Source: Rhodospirillales bacterium
GTDB taxonomy: Bacteria > Pseudomonadota > Alphaproteobacteria > Bin95
Length of the DNA stretch: 64,000 nucleotides
Assembly (NCBI GenBank): GCA_038143065.1
Contig: JAYQLI010000035.1
Span: 2,432,894 to 2,496,893 of the forward strand
Direction of reading: 5' to 3'
Shown: one piece after another, positions 63,681-64,000 of the stretch
Position numbering within the stretch: the first letter of the stretch is position 1
How the letters are laid out: every line of letters starts with the position of its first letter
Made by a program: the position numbers and the translations under genes
Notes under the pieces: generated by a model
What the model saw: only the letters and a program-made list of their open reading frames with translations
Told to the model about the DNA's origin: nothing
Databases searched by the model: none

Positions 63681-64000
63681 TTAAGAAATGAATTCTAATA
63701 TCAGGCCGCAGGCATTGTTGCGATTAACCCTGAGAGCGGAGCCGATACTGGTATAGGAAATTTTAGCCTGTTTTAAATATTTTTCTGTTTCTCCCAGGTC
63801 ATTAACGCCAATAGAAAGAACATGCCAGATTGGTCTTTCCATTGCGGGGTGTGCATCCAAATCGTTATGCGCCATGTTAATATTTTCATCGGTAGCTAAG
63901 CGAATAAAACCCCTGCCAGTATCAAGCTCAGCTCCAAATTCGGTTTCCTTTATTGATGCTGTGCCAAAAAGCTTAGACAATGCTTGTGCTGTTGCTGCAG
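63681..64000 (-). CDS. C-terminal part of a protein, possibly VOC/glyoxalase-like; truncated by the window edge
   Basis: Open frame to the edge ending ...LSIGVNDL...ACGLILEFIS*, which resembles VOC-family C-termini. Confidence 0.45.
   Translation of the reverse strand, partial: AATAQALSKLFGTASIKETEFGAELDTGRGFIRLATDENINMAHNDLDAHPAMERPIWHVLSIGVNDLGETEKYLKQAKISYTSIGSALRVNRNNACGLILEFIS

Noticed and set aside
1-64000. CRISPR arrays, IS elements, prophage, rRNA, riboswitches
   Set aside because: No regularly spaced repeats, transposase, integrase or phage motifs, or rRNA-like sequence seen. No riboswitch consensus recognised upstream of metF or moaB; an Rfam scan would be needed to exclude one.

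Overview
Gene-dense chromosomal segment, most likely from an alphaproteobacterium. That assignment rests on the merR-tRNA-Pro, rpmH-rnpA-yidD-yidC-engB-argB, tauE-TIGR02186-usp-nfu and sahR-metF gene orders; a marine Rhodospirillales-like lineage is only an inference. I found no rRNA, CRISPR array, integrase or transposase. About 25 genes, including yidC and pdxH, are split by single-base indels, often in homopolymers. This looks like long-read assembly error rather than gene decay, so split ORFs are joined below. Main modules: (1) soeABC sulfite dehydrogenase translationally coupled inside a tauE-TIGR02186-usp...nfu gene string. (2) A Caulobacter-type sphingolipid/ceramide cluster (acyl-ACP synthetase, CerR-like reductase, ACP, serine palmitoyltransferase). 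(3) A tightly overlapped amidase, threonine aldolase, DOPA-dioxygenase, hydrolases and LLM operon of unknown function. (4) An aromatic-acid catabolic locus with a terephthalate-dioxygenase-like Rieske oxygenase, a CoA ligase, a double-hotdog hydratase and a divergent TAXI-TRAP transporter, with no reductase or TphB homologue. (5) sahR-metF with a 20-bp palindromic operator. (6) mlaA-mlaC, mnmH, an ABC exporter and a haloacid dehalogenase. All family calls come from motif recognition and recalled sequences; no database search was run.
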